Below are positions 60,552 through 64,000 of a stretch of DNA of 64,000 bases, in pieces. The first letter of the stretch is position 1. Each line of letters starts with the position of its first letter. This DNA comes from Candidatus Multivorans sp. (GTDB lineage Bacteria > Acidobacteriota > Thermoanaerobaculia > Multivoradales > Multivoraceae), in assembly GCA_965205295.1 (NCBI GenBank), contig OZ242167.1:3017390-3081389 (forward strand). Reading direction: 5' to 3'. Under the pieces are notes generated by a model. It was not told where the DNA came from, did not search any database, and saw nothing but the letters and a program-made list of their open reading frames with translations. Position numbers and translations under genes: made by a program.

Positions 60552-60589
60552 CCGGTCCTGGACGGGCGCGGGCGACCGGGAAGCTGTAG
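60552..60589 (+). repeat. citE extreme 3'-end copy 5 (about 38 bp)
   Basis: CCGGTCCTGGACGGGCGCGGGCGACCGGGAAGCTGTAG versus CCGGTGTTGAAGCGGGCGAGGGCTACTGGGAGGTTGTAG. Confidence 0.7.
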
Positions 60590-60668
60590 GCGGGACGCCC
60601 GGGAACCGATCGCGAAGCCCGCCGATCGGGTTTGACTTAGTCAAAGACTTAGTCTAGTTTCCGTTGCC

Positions 60669-60902
60669 ATGAAGCAGGTGACTGTCCATGCAGCAAAGAC
60701 CCACCTCTCCCGGCTCCTGCGAGAGATAGCGGCTGGCGAAGACATCGTGATCACCCGCTCGGGCCGACCCGTCGCAAAGCTCGTCACGCTGGAGGAAGAG
60801 CGACCGATCTTCGGCATCGACAAGGGTCGGTTCGTGGTGCCCGATGACTTCGACGCTCCTCTCGATGAGGACCTGCTGCGCGCGTTCGAAGGCCGGACCT
60901 GA
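60669..60902 (+). CDS. Phd/YefM antitoxin
   Basis: V.VH.AKTHLSRLL...GE.IVITR.GRPVAKL, VPDDFDAPL. Confidence 0.92.
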   Translation: MKQVTVHAAKTHLSRLLREIAAGEDIVITRSGRPVAKLVTLEEERPIFGIDKGRFVVPDDFDAPLDEDLLRAFEGRT

Positions 60903-60920
60903 GAAGCCGGCACGTCGCCC

Positions 60921-61325
60921 GTGGATTACCTCCTGGACACCCACTGCTGGCTCTGGATGCAGACAGAACCGGAGCGCTTCGATTCGCACCTCCTGGCCGC
61001 CCTGGAGTCGTCCGCGACGTCGAAGTTCCTGTCTGCAGCGAGCGCTTGGGAAATCGCGATCAAGTACGCAATCGGAAAACTGCCGTTGCCGGAACCACCC
61101 GCCGCCTACGTTCCGGAACGCATGCGCCTGAACCAGGTGAAACCTCTCTCCATCAGCCCGGCCCACGCCCTGGCCGTCGCTGACCTCCCCCAGCACCACC
61201 GGGATCCGTTCGACCGCATCCTCGTCGTTCAGGCCCGGATCGAGGGCCTGACTCTGGTTACTGCCGACAAGATCCTCGAACTGTACGATGCGCCGGTTCT
61301 TCGCGTGGGGGCGTCACGCGCGTAA
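60921..61325 (+). CDS. vapC: VapC PIN toxin
   Basis: LLDTHCWLW, SAASAWEIAIK, HHRDPFDRIL, LVTAD. Confidence 0.93.
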   Translation: MDYLLDTHCWLWMQTEPERFDSHLLAALESSATSKFLSAASAWEIAIKYAIGKLPLPEPPAAYVPERMRLNQVKPLSISPAHALAVADLPQHHRDPFDRILVVQARIEGLTLVTADKILELYDAPVLRVGASRA

Positions 61326-61360
61326 GCGCCGTGGCGCGAATCGTATCCTCTCAGCAATCG

Positions 61361-62878
61361 CTAGGGCCCGGCCGCGAAACGGCCGACGATCGCTCGGCCC
61401 GGAGCGACCCCCGGAACGGTCTCACCGTCGCGTACCACGAACACCCCGTTGACCATCGTGTGGTGGATTCCCTCCGAGAAGGAGAGCCCGTCCTCGAAGG
61501 TGGCGGTGTCCATCACCGTGTCCGGGTCGAAGACGACGAGGTCGGCGTCGGCGCCAACCTGGATCCGACCCTTGTTCCTCATCTGATCGGACATCGACGC
61601 CACGCGCCGCGCCGGGAGGTAGCTCATCTTCAACAGGGCGGTCATCAGGTCGAGCGTGCCCCGTTCGCGCACGTAGCGGCCCAGGACTCGTGAGTAGGTG
61701 CCGGCTGTTCGAGGGTGCGCCTTCGGGGCGTAGGGCATGCCGTCGGATGCGACGATCACCCAGTCGTTCCCGAGCGCCGTCTCGATCCACTCCTCCTGCA
61801 TGAAGTGGAGGATCACCGTTCCCCGCTCGCGGCGATACCGCTCGAAGGTCTCCTTCGTCAGCCTCTCTCCCGTTGCCTCCCACTGCAGGTCGCCGTAGCC
61901 GATGCTCAGGCGGTCCTGCCAGCCGTCGTCGAAGATCGACGAGTGAAGGGAGGTAGATCCGGCCGTGTAGGGATACGCCTCCGTCGTCACGTCGAGCCCC
62001 AAGCGGCGCGCGCCGCCGATCAGGTCGAGCACCGTGTCGATCTCGCCGAGCGCCATGCTGTTGACGTGCACGATGTGCAGGGGCGCCCCGGTACCGACCG
62101 CGTTGGCGAGGACTTCCTGCATCGCATCGATCGTCATCGAACGCACGTGCGTGTGGATGGTGGCGCGCTTCTCGCCGGCGAAGCGGAACACTTCGACGAT
62201 CTCCCGGCGGGTCGCCCCGGGGTAGTACTGAACCGCCAGCCCGATCCCCAGGGCGCCTTCCTCGAGTCCCTGGTCCAGAAGCTCCAGCATGGCGGGGAAC
62301 CGATCGGGCGGTAGTTCCAAGTAGTACGTCCTGTCCGCGGCATCGCGCTCGGCACCGAGTGGTTCGTCCTCGGAGCTGGCCGCCGTGAAGGCCGCCTCGA
62401 GCTCCGCCCGTTCCTCCTGCGGGACGATCTCCAGGCCCCTCAACGCGCCGTGATTGACCGTGGCGCCATAGTTCACGAGCGACCTTCCCCGCCGGGAATC
62501 CAGGAACGCCTGCACGTCGGCTACGCCCCACTCCAACTCGAGTGCGGTGGTGACGCCGTCCCTTGCCTGGTACTCGTGCGACGCCGGGCCCTGGCCGTGG
62601 GCGTGGAGGTCCACGAAGCCCGGCGCGAGGACCAGTCCGGCAGCGTCGATCAGGACGCCTCCGTCGACGAGGGACTCGGCGAGGGGCCCGGTGGTCAAGG
62701 CGGCGATGACATCGCCGCGGATTCCCACGCTCCTGACCTCATCGAGCCTTCTCTCAGGGTCGATGACGCGCGCGCCCTCGAAGACGACGTCGAACTCCTG
62801 CGTCGGCGCTTCGTTCGTCCCGTCAGTCGCTCCGTTGCAACCTGCGAGGAGGAGAGCCGCGACGAGCCCCAACACCAT
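61361..62878 (-). CDS. Amidohydrolase (N-acyl-D-amino-acid deacylase-like) lipoprotein
   Basis: Lipobox LAGC; APGFVDLHAH, DGVTT, EAYPY, ASDG, HPR.AGTY, GADADLVVFDP; start approximate. Confidence 0.9.
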   Translation of the reverse strand: MVLGLVAALLLAGCNGATDGTNEAPTQEFDVVFEGARVIDPERRLDEVRSVGIRGDVIAALTTGPLAESLVDGGVLIDAAGLVLAPGFVDLHAHGQGPASHEYQARDGVTTALELEWGVADVQAFLDSRRGRSLVNYGATVNHGALRGLEIVPQEERAELEAAFTAASSEDEPLGAERDAADRTYYLELPPDRFPAMLELLDQGLEEGALGIGLAVQYYPGATRREIVEVFRFAGEKRATIHTHVRSMTIDAMQEVLANAVGTGAPLHIVHVNSMALGEIDTVLDLIGGARRLGLDVTTEAYPYTAGSTSLHSSIFDDGWQDRLSIGYGDLQWEATGERLTKETFERYRRERGTVILHFMQEEWIETALGNDWVIVASDGMPYAPKAHPRTAGTYSRVLGRYVRERGTLDLMTALLKMSYLPARRVASMSDQMRNKGRIQVGADADLVVFDPDTVMDTATFEDGLSFSEGIHHTMVNGVFVVRDGETVPGVAPGRAIVGRFAAGP

Positions 62879-62944
62879 GAAACCACCCCTCAGCACGTCC
62901 ACACCCCCCATCGGCCCGATGGTATACACCCGTGCACCGCACCC

Positions 62945-63008
62945 CCGCCGTATTCGAGGCATCCTGGGCGGCAACTTCCGCCGCGTCCTGGAGGAGATCT
63001 GGGGATGA
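62945..63008 (+). pseudogene. 3' remnant of a membrane dipeptidase (M19)-like gene
   Basis: RIRGILGGNFRRVLEEIWG*; its stop overlaps the ATG of the next gene (ATGA). Confidence 0.6.
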
Positions 63009-64000
63009 GACATCTACGCATCCAGCTTGCCACCGTCGCCCTCGCCCTCACCTTCACCACCACCCCCCTCTCCGCCCAAACCGTCGACGAGCGGCTCCAA
63101 GGCTTCGACCAGTGGGTCGAATCGGTGATGGCGGAATGGAAGGTCCCCGGCCTCGGCGTGGCGATCGTCGAGGACGGCGAGATCGTCTTCGCCAAGGGCT
63201 ACGGCTGGCGCAACGTCGAGCAGGAACTGCCCGCAACCCCCGACACCCTCTTCGCCATCGGCTCCAACACGAAGTCCTTCACCGCCACCCTGCTTGCGAT
63301 GCAGGTGGATGAAGGCGCTCTCGCCTGGGACGCGCCGATCCGCACGGTGCTACCCGAGTTCCGTCTCCACGACCCGGTGGCGACGGCCGAGATGACCGCC
63401 GTCGACCTGCTGAGCCATCGCTCGGGCCTGCCCAGGCACGACCTGTTCTGGCTGGCGACAGGCAAGGACCGCACCGAGCTGATCGCCGGGCTGCACCACC
63501 TGGAGCCCTCCGCCTCCTTCAGAAGCAGGTTCCAGTACCAGAACCTGATGTTCCTCACCGCCGGCGTGGTCGCTGAACGGATCGGCGGCAAGTCCTGGGA
63601 GGAACTCGTCGAGGAGCGGATCTTCCGCCCCCTCGGCATGGAGCGGGCCAACTTCTCCGTAGCCCAGATGCAGCAGGACGACGACTTCTCCTACGGCTAC
63701 GGCGCGGAGCAGGAGATCGAGCGGGTGCAACGAGTACCCTTTCGCAACATCGACGCCATCGGGCCCGCCGGTTCGATCAACACATCGGCCCGGGAGCTCG
63801 CCCGCTACGTGCAGTTCCATCTCGCCTACGGCAAGGTCGGCGACACGCAGCTCCTCAAGGAGGACTCGGCGAGGCTCATGCAGCTACCCCAGATGGTGAT
63901 GACCGGCCCGCTCCAGGAGAGACTGCAGAACGGTCCGGAGATCAGCGATCCCACCTACGGACTGGGCCTCATGGTGGGCGGCTACCGGGGCCGCAAGCAC
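63005..64000 (+). CDS. Serine hydrolase, beta-lactamase/AmpC-like; runs off the right edge
   Basis: Hand translation: signal peptide, VPGLGVAIV..G...FAKGYG, FAIGSNTKSF (SxxK), LLSHRSG, FQYQN. Confidence 0.9.
   Translation, partial: MRHLRIQLATVALALTFTTTPLSAQTVDERLQGFDQWVESVMAEWKVPGLGVAIVEDGEIVFAKGYGWRNVEQELPATPDTLFAIGSNTKSFTATLLAMQVDEGALAWDAPIRTVLPEFRLHDPVATAEMTAVDLLSHRSGLPRHDLFWLATGKDRTELIAGLHHLEPSASFRSRFQYQNLMFLTAGVVAERIGGKSWEELVEERIFRPLGMERANFSVAQMQQDDDFSYGYGAEQEIERVQRVPFRNIDAIGPAGSINTSARELARYVQFHLAYGKVGDTQLLKEDSARLMQLPQMVMTGPLQERLQNGPEISDPTYGLGLMVGGYRGRKH

Noticed and set aside
34347-60589. citE repeats as a diversity-generating retroelement TR/VR pair or as integron attC sites
   Set aside because: No reverse transcriptase or integron integrase is present; the differences include indels and do not look adenine-specific; no attC palindromic structure was seen

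Overview
This is a GC-rich bacterial window; the gene content resembles Acidobacteria or other marine-sponge-symbiont genomes, but that is inference only. Core-type metabolic genes are a PQQ dehydrogenase, an SpdH-like FAD oxidoreductase, TauD, GabD, MmgE/PrpD, an acyl-CoA dehydrogenase, two MaoC dehydratases, a family III CoA-transferase, a CitE-like lyase, an amidohydrolase and a serine hydrolase. They are interrupted by two large accessory tracts. Tract 1 (about 14.6-29.7 kb) is a defence island: five orphan antitoxins, a type I R-M operon with nested AbiEi/AbiEii, a membrane ORF and a gutted Fic gene, an HsdR with a fused Schlafen/AlbA_2 domain, and SIR2-HerA. Tract 2 (about 34.7-61.3 kb) starts right after the citE-like gene. 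It holds a DUF4238-like gene, a PD-(D/E)XK nuclease-like gene, a SIR2-APAZ/short-Argonaute (SPARSA) pair, TA genes, secreted hypotheticals and IS3, IS1380, IS21, IS1182-like and IS1595 elements. The most striking unannotated structure is the 3' end of the citE-like gene, which recurs four more times in the same orientation, each time followed by different cargo. Two of these copies are fused to fragments of other local genes. Gene-3'-end repeats (a DUF6364 antitoxin tail, and a Fic tail with a 10-bp repeat array) also bracket tract 1. Together this suggests cassettes accumulating by homology-anchored integration, with no intact integrase in the window. No rRNA, tRNA or CRISPR array was seen.
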